This document shows, piece after piece, positions 8,185-15,485 of a stretch of DNA of 20,321 nt. The position numbers and the translations under genes were made by a program. This DNA is from a virus. The notes beneath the pieces were generated by a model, which saw only the letters and a list, made by a program, of their open reading frames with translations, made no database searches and was not told the DNA's origin. The stretch lies in the UHGV virus genome UHGV-0122335; one strand, written 5' to 3'. Position 1 is the stretch's first letter. The number at the start of each line of letters is the position of its first letter.

Positions 8185-8790
8185 ATGTTCGAGCAATTTA
8201 AAGAGATCGCATCATCGGCTATTAGCACAGCGTCAGAGAGAGTCCGCAACCCAGCACTTGGGGCATTTGTGTTTTCGTGGTGTTCTTTTAACTGGAATCC
8301 ACTATTATTTTTATTCTTCAGTAAGTCAGGAATTGAAGAAAAAATAAATTATATATCTTCCCATAGTGATGCGTACCACTCACTCTTATATCCAGCTTTA
8401 TGTGCATTCGCGCTGTGTGTAATAGTTCCATGGTTTAACAATATAGTGGTGATGTTTCAAAAAATTCCACTACAGAACATCGATAACTTCAAACACAACA
8501 AAAGCCTCAGGGATGTTAAAAACGCCATAGAATTGCGTAAGCTTGAGGCACAAAGGGACATTACATACGACAGAGTTAAGGTTGAGTTTGAGTCTGAGAT
8601 TCAATTCTATAAAAATGATTTAATCAAGCACCAAGAGTCTTTGAATTCTTTTTTGCAGGAAAGAGATTCCCTTATTGAAAAAATAATGGCGCTTGAAAAA
8701 GAACTTGCAGAAGAAAAAATAAAATCCAATACCAGAATTGCAAATAAGTTTAACTCAAGGAACAATCGCAACACAGACAATGCTGCTTAA
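8185..8790 (+). CDS. AT-rich moron: predicted membrane protein with two hydrophobic segments and a C-terminal coiled-coil (201 aa); function unknown
   Basis: ORF track; strongly AT-rich relative to flanks; opposite strand to the structural operon; hydrophobic stretches LGAFVFSWCSFNWNPLLFLFF and LLYPALCAFALCVIVPWFNNIVVMF followed by a K/E-rich heptad-like region; no obvious SD sequence. Confidence 0.6.
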   Translation: MFEQFKEIASSAISTASERVRNPALGAFVFSWCSFNWNPLLFLFFSKSGIEEKINYISSHSDAYHSLLYPALCAFALCVIVPWFNNIVVMFQKIPLQNIDNFKHNKSLRDVKNAIELRKLEAQRDITYDRVKVEFESEIQFYKNDLIKHQESLNSFLQERDSLIEKIMALEKELAEEKIKSNTRIANKFNSRNNRNTDNAA

Positions 8791-8794
8791 AACT

Positions 8795-10264
8795 TTATGA
8801 AAACGGATCGTACTCAGTAATAGCTTTCCCCTGCTGCTGCCGTGGGTCATTAGTTTTCTTGGCTACCGGGAAGGCGAACGTTAGCAGCAGCGCATCACCT
8901 TTACCCGGCGAACGCCCAAGTCGCTCTTTGATATCTTCCTTCGGTTCGATAACGATTTTACCGTCCACGCGAACTTTGTACTCTGCCGTCGACAGGTCGT
9001 CTGCTGTTTCCTGGTCATCCAGCATCCCGCCCAGCCTCAGCCATGTCTTGCATGAGTTGAACATCTCCCCACGCTTGTTGAGCATCTGCGGGTCAGTAGA
9101 CGCGCCACCGAACGGAACAAGTTGCCATGTACGACCCCAGCCGTCACCGATTGACTTCAGACCAGTTCCGTAACCGAAGTCGATGAACACTGCGTCAGCC
9201 TGGTACTGGTCTTCAAAGTCAGCGATACGCTTCGCCATTATCAGATCGTCAGTGGTCTTGTTGCCAGTCCACAGCACCTTACTGTGCAGCCCCTGCCGCA
9301 GGTATATCACAGCGTCATCAACTCCGGAGTATGCCGGGTCAACGCCGATTATCACCGGAGCATGTGCAACCTGCGCAGCGGTTACCACCCGTTTCATTGC
9401 CTCATCAGTAAGACCGGTAGGGATAAACTGCAATTCAGATGCATCAGGGAATATGCCGCGCACACGGATTTTAACGAAGTCGCTGTCTTCCCCGTAGTCA
9501 TCAACCCATTTCTGCAACTGCTGTTTGTTAGTACCTTCCACCGTCCGGCTGTCAATCTGCGCAGTTTTCCAGCGGTGTTTGTATTTGCGGAAACATTCGC
9601 GAAAACGCCCGGTATTACGTGTAGGGTTTCCGAACGCCACCCAGATAATCTCAGTGTCTTCGTCCGTAAGCGCACCCTCAGCAACTTCCCACACCAGATC
9701 CGCAATGTTCGACGCTTCATCGAATACCACGATGATGCGTTTGCGCTCGTTGTGTAGTCCGGCGAATGCCTCAGTGTTGTGCTCAGACCAGGGGATTGCG
9801 TCAGCTCGCCACCGCTTGTCGTGCCCAGGATCATTGCTGTACATCGCAGTAGCGGTACAGGTAAACCAGTCTTTCGTGATAGCAAGGTTCGACCACTTGA
9901 TAATTTCCGGCCAGGTCTTCGTTCGTAGCTGGTTGTCGGTGTTGGCGGTCACCACGACCTTACAATCCTCGCAAGTGGACATGCCCCAGTTGATCAGCAT
10001 TGAGATGAATGCGGATTTACCAATACCGTGACCAGAAGCGCGTGCCAGCATAAGCGGCTGATAGCGCGTCTCTGGATTCTGCAGGTGATCACGTATCTCT
10101 CGGAACGCATCAGCCTGCCACTGACGTGGGCCGGTAGCATGTGCCAGTTCAGTCCCCTCTTCCCCCCACGGGAACGCATAGAGGGCATAGCCAAGCGGAT
10201 CGTGAGTGAACCCTGCAATATCCTCGATCAACTGCTCTTCAGGAGATAACGCTGTATCTGTCAC
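8795..10264 (-). CDS. Terminase large subunit (489 aa)
   Basis: ORF track; GTG start at 10264 overlapping the terS stop (GTGA) with AGGATGG upstream; size and position immediately downstream of the small subunit and upstream of portal. Confidence 0.8.
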   Translation of the reverse strand: MTDTALSPEEQLIEDIAGFTHDPLGYALYAFPWGEEGTELAHATGPRQWQADAFREIRDHLQNPETRYQPLMLARASGHGIGKSAFISMLINWGMSTCEDCKVVVTANTDNQLRTKTWPEIIKWSNLAITKDWFTCTATAMYSNDPGHDKRWRADAIPWSEHNTEAFAGLHNERKRIIVVFDEASNIADLVWEVAEGALTDEDTEIIWVAFGNPTRNTGRFRECFRKYKHRWKTAQIDSRTVEGTNKQQLQKWVDDYGEDSDFVKIRVRGIFPDASELQFIPTGLTDEAMKRVVTAAQVAHAPVIIGVDPAYSGVDDAVIYLRQGLHSKVLWTGNKTTDDLIMAKRIADFEDQYQADAVFIDFGYGTGLKSIGDGWGRTWQLVPFGGASTDPQMLNKRGEMFNSCKTWLRLGGMLDDQETADDLSTAEYKVRVDGKIVIEPKEDIKERLGRSPGKGDALLLTFAFPVAKKTNDPRQQQGKAITEYDPFS

Positions 10265-10857
10265 TGATTACCATCCTGACGTTCTTTGAGTCGCTTCCTG
10301 GCTGCCGCTATGCGATCAGCAATTGTCACATTCACATTAACATCCAGGCGTTCTTTGAATGCATTGACGTCGACGTGCTTACCAATCAGTTCGAGGTTCT
10401 TCACCTTGTCAGGCCATTTAATTTTTTTGAGAATTGTCTCTATCGAATCCTCGTTCATGTTCATGATGGTCGATGACAGATCAAAGCCACTAAGCGTAGT
10501 GCGCCAGATTTTCGGCCACTCGCGGATTGGCTTAAGGCTCCCATCGTCATTGAGGATATCAATCACGTCCATCTGGTCGATCTCCACCAGGCGCATGAGA
10601 ACGTAATCGGCACTGACGCGCATTCGTTTGTTGCGCTCCTCCATCAACTCGGCAATCCGTTTTTGAATGCGTTCATCGCGCATCATGACACTGGCTTTAA
10701 CTGCCGCTGTATTTGGGGAGAATCCTGCGTTAATCGCTGCCTGAGTCTGGTTTTCAGGCGTTTTGATGTATGACTGGCAATAAGCCTCCTGCATTGCGGT
10801 TAGTGGCTTAAATTGCGTTGATTTGCGTTTATAGGTTTTAGGTTCAGCAGGCATCAT
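10261..10857 (-). CDS. Terminase small subunit (start uncertain: 10857, 10854 or upstream to 10935)
   Basis: ORF track 10261..10935; ATG-ATG at 10857/10854 preceded by GGTGG; basic helical protein directly upstream of and coupled to terL. Confidence 0.6.
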   Translation of the reverse strand: MMPAEPKTYKRKSTQFKPLTAMQEAYCQSYIKTPENQTQAAINAGFSPNTAAVKASVMMRDERIQKRIAELMEERNKRMRVSADYVLMRLVEIDQMDVIDILNDDGSLKPIREWPKIWRTTLSGFDLSSTIMNMNEDSIETILKKIKWPDKVKNLELIGKHVDVNAFKERLDVNVNVTIADRIAAARKRLKERQDGNQ

Positions 10858-10900
10858 AACCACCATGGTAATTGTTACCGTTGTGGTAATAGTACCATGC

Positions 10901-10926
10901 AAAATAAAGCCGCCATAGTTGGCGGC
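10901..10926 (-). terminator. Intrinsic terminator on the minus strand just upstream of terS
   Basis: GCCGCCA-acta-TGGCGGC hairpin followed by UUUAUUUU in the minus-strand transcript. Confidence 0.5.
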
Positions 10927-11010
10927 AGTATTCAAAACCCATCAAATTCATCATGCATAATCTACTCGTGACATGTCACACTATTAATTTCGTTTCATGC
11001 CAGCCTTTAG

Positions 11011-11322
11011 TCACCCAGCATTGCGAGTCACCATTACACGGGCATGAATTAACGGGAACTCTCTCGCCGCACTTACCGCAAAGTTTCTGCTGATCGATTT
11101 TATACGCCCGCGCACACGTGCATCATCCTGGCGGATCAGCAGCGCGATGTACTCGGCCATTTCATAGGGATCGCGACCAGGGCGCCGGGCGGCGCAGTTC
11201 CGCGCCAGCATTTCCTGCTCCTGCTTATCCAGCACCAGTTCAATTTTGCGCTCACCGGCGGCGGACTGCCGAGCGCGCTGCGCGGCTTTGCGTTCTGCGG
11301 GGGATTTAGCCACGAATCGCAC
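11011..11322 (-). CDS. Hypothetical Arg-rich protein (103 aa by track, GTG start with poor RBS)
   Basis: ORF track only; no convincing RBS; lies in the junction region between the early-left genes and terS. Confidence 0.3.
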   Translation of the reverse strand: MRFVAKSPAERKAAQRARQSAAGERKIELVLDKQEQEMLARNCAARRPGRDPYEMAEYIALLIRQDDARVRGRIKSISRNFAVSAAREFPLIHARVMVTRNAG

Positions 11323-11428
11323 TCCACGCCAGATTGATTAATGACTCCCAGGTAATATAAACCCGGATACCAGCAACCAGGCCGAAACCAATCACCATGG
11401 CATAAAGCAGAGCGTTGCACTTGTTCAT
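11306..11428 (-). CDS. Small hydrophobic protein (40 aa), likely membrane peptide
   Basis: Hand-translated (MNKCNALLYAMVIGFGLVAGIRVYITWESLINLAWSAIRG); GGAGG RBS; its ATG overlaps the stop of the upstream DUF551-like gene (TGATG). Below the ORF-track length cutoff. Confidence 0.4.
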   Translation of the reverse strand: MNKCNALLYAMVIGFGLVAGIRVYITWESLINLAWSAIRG

Positions 11429-12195
11429 CACTTCACCTCCTGCGGCGGTTCTGGTAGCGGCATCCAGTGGGTTACTTTCGATGCCGGTTCTTCCCCATCG
11501 TCAGTAACTGCCCACCATTTGTTTCTCGACCAATCGTAATACCCTTCGAAGGTATCGCACTCAGTCCAGCCGTAAGACTTACCCCAACACCAAACATACT
11601 GTTTATCGTTCGGCATTCGCTCACTACAGCTTATCCAACCATCCGGAGTTGCCGGAGTTGGTCCATCGAATTCGGGCATGTCAGGACCTTTTCTGATAGC
11701 TTTAGCCAGCTCCAGCGGGTCATCGTAAAGCCAGTCGCCAGTTTGTGGGTGATTTGCTTCTGCAAGCTGCGCAGCCCATTCAAGACCATCTTTTTGACCT
11801 TGGAGATAATCAAGCGGCAACTCTTCATGATTACTTGCAGGTTCGGCACTATGAAGCATGGCAGCGCGGCAGGCGTTCCAGCCTCTTACCCCTGCAATAG
11901 CGGCAACCGCATCAACCGCGTACATGCTAAGAGGATTAGGAATTGGTTTTTCTTCCGGTACTACTGGCGCTGGAGGGGTGGCGTAGAGTGGAACTCCTCC
12001 CCCTCCACCAGAAAATTCATTGCGAGCGTTATACTCACGACCATCTGCGTCATCACGCATCCACGCCACCGGCTCTGCTTCCAGCGATGCCAGAGCAATT
12101 TCATAAGCACGGCGCTCAATATTGTCTCGCACGTCCAGGCTGCCGATTCGCTCTTTGATTTCTTTAATCAGTTCTTTGTCGGTAAAAGTGGTCAT
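11428..12195 (-). CDS. DUF551-like prophage protein (255 aa; Trp-rich C-terminal domain)
   Basis: ORF track; ATG at 12195 with AAGGAGAG RBS; C-terminal W-rich region (GWISCSERMPNDKQYVWCWGKSYGW...THWMPLPEPP) resembles the DUF551 domain common in lambdoid prophages (recollection). Confidence 0.6.
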   Translation of the reverse strand: MTTFTDKELIKEIKERIGSLDVRDNIERRAYEIALASLEAEPVAWMRDDADGREYNARNEFSGGGGGVPLYATPPAPVVPEEKPIPNPLSMYAVDAVAAIAGVRGWNACRAAMLHSAEPASNHEELPLDYLQGQKDGLEWAAQLAEANHPQTGDWLYDDPLELAKAIRKGPDMPEFDGPTPATPDGWISCSERMPNDKQYVWCWGKSYGWTECDTFEGYYDWSRNKWWAVTDDGEEPASKVTHWMPLPEPPQEVK

Positions 12196-12196
12196 G

Positions 12197-13015
12197 TCAC
12201 TCTCCTTTGATGCGAATGCCAGCGTCAGACATCATATGCAGATACTCAACTGCATCCTGAACCCATTGACCGCCAATCCCGTAATAGCGATGCGTAATGA
12301 TGTCGATAGTTACTAACGGGTCTTGTTCGATTAACTTCCGCAGAAACTCTTCCAGGTCACCAGTGCAGTGCTTGATGACAGGAGTTTTCCCAGGATGGCG
12401 AACAACAAGAAACTGATTTCCGACTTCACGGACTTCGTTGCTTTTCAGTTCTGCAATGCGCTTCTCTGAGGCTTCCAGCTTCTCTCGCATATCGTCAACG
12501 TACTCGACCAGAGAACCGCCAGCAGGAATTTCGCACTCCTCGACCAGTTGGAAGTAGATATCAGCTGCGGCCCGTGTGTTGCTATGCCTAGCGTCGCCCA
12601 TCTCACCTTCACGAAGAGCATCGCGTTCGGCGGTAAGATTGGCTATTTTGCTGTCTTTGCCTTCCAGCTCAACGCGCAGCTTCCCTACCGTTAGCGCAAT
12701 ATCCTCGTTCTCCTGGTCGCGGCGTTTGATGTATTGCTGGTTTCTTTCCCGTTCATCCAGTAATGCCAAGACGGTAGCCGGATTAGCTGCGGCGATGAAT
12801 TCAGCATTGGCCTGCTGTTCCATTTGGAAATCTTCATCGAAACCGCTTTCTGGATGCGCTCCTTCAATTCTGCAAATAGGAATATATCCAGCAACTTCAC
12901 GATGAATTAGCGCATCATCACCATCAAATCGGCTCTCTCCATATTCGAGCGACCATACACCACACGTTGCTTTTTCTGCCTTGGCACGCAGTGCCTGATA
13001 GTCAATCTTGCTCAC
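12197..13015 (-). CDS. Ead/Ea22-like protein (272 aa)
   Basis: ORF track; GTG start at 13015 with AGGAGG 6 nt upstream; central coiled-coil; typical early-left accessory protein of lambdoid phages (family assignment from recollection). Confidence 0.55.
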   Translation of the reverse strand: MSKIDYQALRAKAEKATCGVWSLEYGESRFDGDDALIHREVAGYIPICRIEGAHPESGFDEDFQMEQQANAEFIAAANPATVLALLDERERNQQYIKRRDQENEDIALTVGKLRVELEGKDSKIANLTAERDALREGEMGDARHSNTRAAADIYFQLVEECEIPAGGSLVEYVDDMREKLEASEKRIAELKSNEVREVGNQFLVVRHPGKTPVIKHCTGDLEEFLRKLIEQDPLVTIDIITHRYYGIGGQWVQDAVEYLHMMSDAGIRIKGE

Positions 13016-13089
13016 TGGTTGCCTCCTGCTTTTCTGCCTTCAACACCATGCGAGAACCATCATCCAGCTCCCACGCGATCTCACCACCT

Positions 13090-13239
13090 TCAGCCATGAC
13101 CAGTCGCCTCATTGGTAACATCACGACCTGGATCATTGCCAACGCGCATACGTCCACCTTCAACATCGCGCATTTTTGCCAGCATGATAGTTTTTGATAG
13201 CGGTGAAAAACCAAGCTGTAGTCGTGCTGAATTACTCAC
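13090..13239 (-). CDS. Small hypothetical protein (49 aa, GTG start)
   Basis: Hand-translated; same start context as Ea22 (17-nt repeat CTCACTGGTTGCCTCCT giving AGGAGG, a GTG start and an overlapping upstream TGA). Overlaps the track ORF 13002..13214 in another frame, so only one of the two may be real. Confidence 0.3.
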   Translation of the reverse strand: MSNSARLQLGFSPLSKTIMLAKMRDVEGGRMRVGNDPGRDVTNEATGHG

Positions 13240-13403
13240 TGGTTGCCTCCTTTGCGCCACGTCGCATTCAGATATCTGTTGTCGTTAACAGAACCGAAAC
13301 TCTTTCTCTTAAGCAATTCCTCTCTCGATGGCATTGGCTTTACGCGTTGGCGAATAATCATTTCTGCCGGAAGAATGCCGGGATTGTATGCAAGTCCTCT
13401 CAT
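13236..13403 (-). CDS. Small hypothetical protein (55 aa)
   Basis: C-terminal part of track ORF 13236..13556; ATG at 13403 preceded by GAGGAA; the longer track version would overlap the upstream 98-aa gene by 143 nt. Confidence 0.45.
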   Translation of the reverse strand: MRGLAYNPGILPAEMIIRQRVKPMPSREELLKRKSFGSVNDNRYLNATWRKGGNQ

Positions 13404-13413
13404 GGTAAATTCC

Positions 13414-13710
13414 TCAGTCATTACTGATAGCGCCATAGCGTGAGCGGTAATTACGCAGGCGCGGGTCGATATATTCAGGGAAGTTGGTATATGTGGCTTT
13501 GCGGAATGGTCGGATTGATGTCTGGTAAATTCGCTCGCGTTCTTCTTTCTCTGCAAGCCATATACAATGGCGAAATTCCTTTTCCTCTTTCGTTTCCTGC
13601 GGTAGCGACATTATCCGGTCGTAGTTTTTCCTGAATTTATCCAGCACCTCCGATACGGAATTGCCGGAACAGCGGCGCGGGTCATCCGCACCATACTGAG
13701 GCGCTGGCAT
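13414..13710 (-). CDS. Hypothetical protein (98 aa)
   Basis: ORF track; ATG at 13710 with AGGAG RBS; directly downstream of ssb. Confidence 0.6.
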   Translation of the reverse strand: MPAPQYGADDPRRCSGNSVSEVLDKFRKNYDRIMSLPQETKEEKEFRHCIWLAEKEERERIYQTSIRPFRKATYTNFPEYIDPRLRNYRSRYGAISND

Positions 13711-13723
13711 GATTTTCTCCTGA

Positions 13724-14230
13724 TTAAATTGCGTGAATAGCGTGACGAGGGAAGGGGAGAGTTACTGGTGCAAAGGGTATATCGTCGTCAAAATCCATCG
13801 GAGGTTCGTTGTGTTGTGCTGGTGATGATTGCTGCTGTGGCTTCTGTGATTGCCTGCTGGCTGCTTGTTGTTTGCTGTCGCCAATGCTGCCAAGCATTTG
13901 CATCACGCCATTAATTCCGACATGAACCTCGGTTGTGTAACGGTCTTGCCCTGACTGGTCTTTCCACTTTCTGGTTCTCAGCATTCCCTCGAAATAAATC
14001 TGATCACCTTTTTTCACATACTGCCCCACGACCTCAGCCAGTTTCCCGGATACAGCAACACGATGCCATTCAGTCAATTCCTTTTGCTCGCCAGTATTTT
14101 TATCTCGCCATTGTTCTGACGTGGCTATTGTCAGGTTAGCGAACGCTGTTCCTGATGGTGAGTATCGAACTTCCGGGTCTTGTCCTACCCGACCAAGGAT
14201 AATCACCTTATTTACGCCTCTGCTTGCCAT
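13724..14230 (-). CDS. ssb: Single-stranded DNA-binding protein (168 aa)
   Basis: ORF track; N-terminal OB-fold motifs typical of SSB ([16 protein letters not shown]...WHRV) and acidic C-terminal tail ending DDDIPF; ATG immediately follows the recombinase stop codon. Confidence 0.85.
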   Translation of the reverse strand: MASRGVNKVIILGRVGQDPEVRYSPSGTAFANLTIATSEQWRDKNTGEQKELTEWHRVAVSGKLAEVVGQYVKKGDQIYFEGMLRTRKWKDQSGQDRYTTEVHVGINGVMQMLGSIGDSKQQAASRQSQKPQQQSSPAQHNEPPMDFDDDIPFAPVTLPFPRHAIHAI

Positions 14231-14938
14231 CTATGCCGCCTGTTTTAGTTCGTTAACTCTGATGTTCATTACCTGAACGCATTTAGCCTGCGCCTCCTCG
14301 TTGCCAGCCATTAATTGCCAGTCACGCTGATAACGCTCGATGAGTTTTTTCTTGTCAGTTTCTGTTGACGCATAATCGCTGAAGTCTTTCAGGATTTGTT
14401 CGCAGTCAACCGATGGAGATTTCTGGTTGGTATTTTCTGGTGATGGTTTGTTATCTGATGCTGGGATTGCCCATCCCGGCAGCGATGGAGGGGACCAGTA
14501 AAATCCTGTTCCATCCTTCAGTTTTGCCCTGTGCCACCCCTGCTTTTTATCGAGAGATGTTTGTGCGAAACCTTCCTCAAGGTTATACAGATACCGACCG
14601 ATTCCCCACTGAACGGCAGCACGCTTCATTGCACCGGAACGACCACCTTTGACGGCTTCTACCTGCGTGTTTTCAGCAGCATCCCATTTGGTTACCCATT
14701 CGGAATCAATCTTGATTGATATGCCGCATTCAACTCCGCCGTTGTTGGGAATATCGCGGTATTCATTGCGCCATCCTGCTTTGCCGCAAACATCGTCCAG
14801 GCGTTTCATGATTGCCCGGTTCGTGACATAAGCCAGCACCATAGCCCACACCTTGCCATCGCGTGTTTTACCGCTTTGCTGTATTCGCCATTCGATATCT
14901 TCAGGGCTGAATGGCTCATCGAATTTGTTCAAATCCAT
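14231..14938 (-). CDS. Phage single-strand annealing recombinase (ERF/Rad52-like; exact family not resolved)
   Basis: ORF track 235 aa; ATG at 14938 with GAGGTGA RBS; directly coupled to ssb; central KRAAVQWGIGRYLY-type motif; sits where lambda carries bet/exo. Confidence 0.65.
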   Translation of the reverse strand: MDLNKFDEPFSPEDIEWRIQQSGKTRDGKVWAMVLAYVTNRAIMKRLDDVCGKAGWRNEYRDIPNNGGVECGISIKIDSEWVTKWDAAENTQVEAVKGGRSGAMKRAAVQWGIGRYLYNLEEGFAQTSLDKKQGWHRAKLKDGTGFYWSPPSLPGWAIPASDNKPSPENTNQKSPSVDCEQILKDFSDYASTETDKKKLIERYQRDWQLMAGNEEAQAKCVQVMNIRVNELKQAA

Positions 14939-14946
14939 AATTCACC

Positions 14947-15118
14947 TCAGAATGGACACGGCCCAAGGAAATAACGCTGATTTAATACTTCGACTCGGGA
15001 CAAATTAAGGCATACCCGCATTCCTTCGCGGTCACCATTATGGCGATACCAGAGAGCTTTCTGCGTGTACATGCGTCTCTGTAACTTGCTCTCCTTCACT
15101 GTGGTTGCAAGTGACATG
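14947..15118 (-). CDS. Small hypothetical protein (56 aa)
   Basis: Hand-translated; GGAG RBS 6 nt upstream of the ATG; overlaps the next small ORF by 80 nt in another frame, so uncertain. Confidence 0.3.
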
Positions 15119-15196
15119 AATATCTCCTTCGTTACCGATTAATTCTTTCATCTGACGAATGAATTCTTCGTCTGACCAGTTATCTGTAAAACTCAT
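15039..15196 (-). CDS. Small acidic hypothetical protein (52 aa)
   Basis: Hand-translated; AGGAA RBS; its ATG overlaps the stop of the kil-like ORF (ATGA). Confidence 0.4.
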
Positions 15197-15345
15197 TTCC
15201 TGCGATACCACGGAAGGTTGATAGCTGATTTCATCGCTTTATTTGCTTCAAGCCACATTTTTGAATCACCAATAAATCTGGCTATTACTGCTTTGTTCTG
15301 TGCAGCACGAAGCATCTGGTGATTGATGGCTATTTCATTGCGCAT
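15193..15345 (-). CDS. kil: Kil-like small protein (50 aa)
   Basis: Hand-translated (MRNEIAINHQMLRAAQNKAVIARFIGDSKMWLEANKAMKSAINLPWYRRK); GAGGT RBS; lies immediately after cIII as in lambda. Similarity to lambda Kil is from memory and unverified. Confidence 0.45.
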   Translation of the reverse strand: MRNEIAINHQMLRAAQNKAVIARFIGDSKMWLEANKAMKSAINLPWYRRK

Positions 15346-15461
15346 AATAAGACCTCAACTCTTTTCCATCCGTCACGTAATTTACGGGTGATTCGTTCAA
15401 GTAAAGATTCATTTAGTTGGAAGGCACCCATGCGAGCGCCTCCCGCGATTGCGTAAATCAT
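15330..15461 (-). CDS. cIII: cIII (inhibitor of FtsH/HflB), 43 aa
   Basis: Hand-translated (MIYAIAGGARMGAFQLNESLLERITRKLRDGWKRVEVLLCAMK); contains the conserved lambda cIII core ESLLERITRKLRDGWKR; AAGGAA RBS. Confidence 0.7.
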   Translation of the reverse strand: MIYAIAGGARMGAFQLNESLLERITRKLRDGWKRVEVLLCAMK

Positions 15462-15485
15462 GGGTGGTTCCTTATGTTGGTTTTA

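Noticed and set aside
8859-10249. Plus-strand ORFs of 73-168 aa inside the terL region
   Set aside because: Antisense to the terminase large-subunit gene; S/P/R-rich spurious frames.
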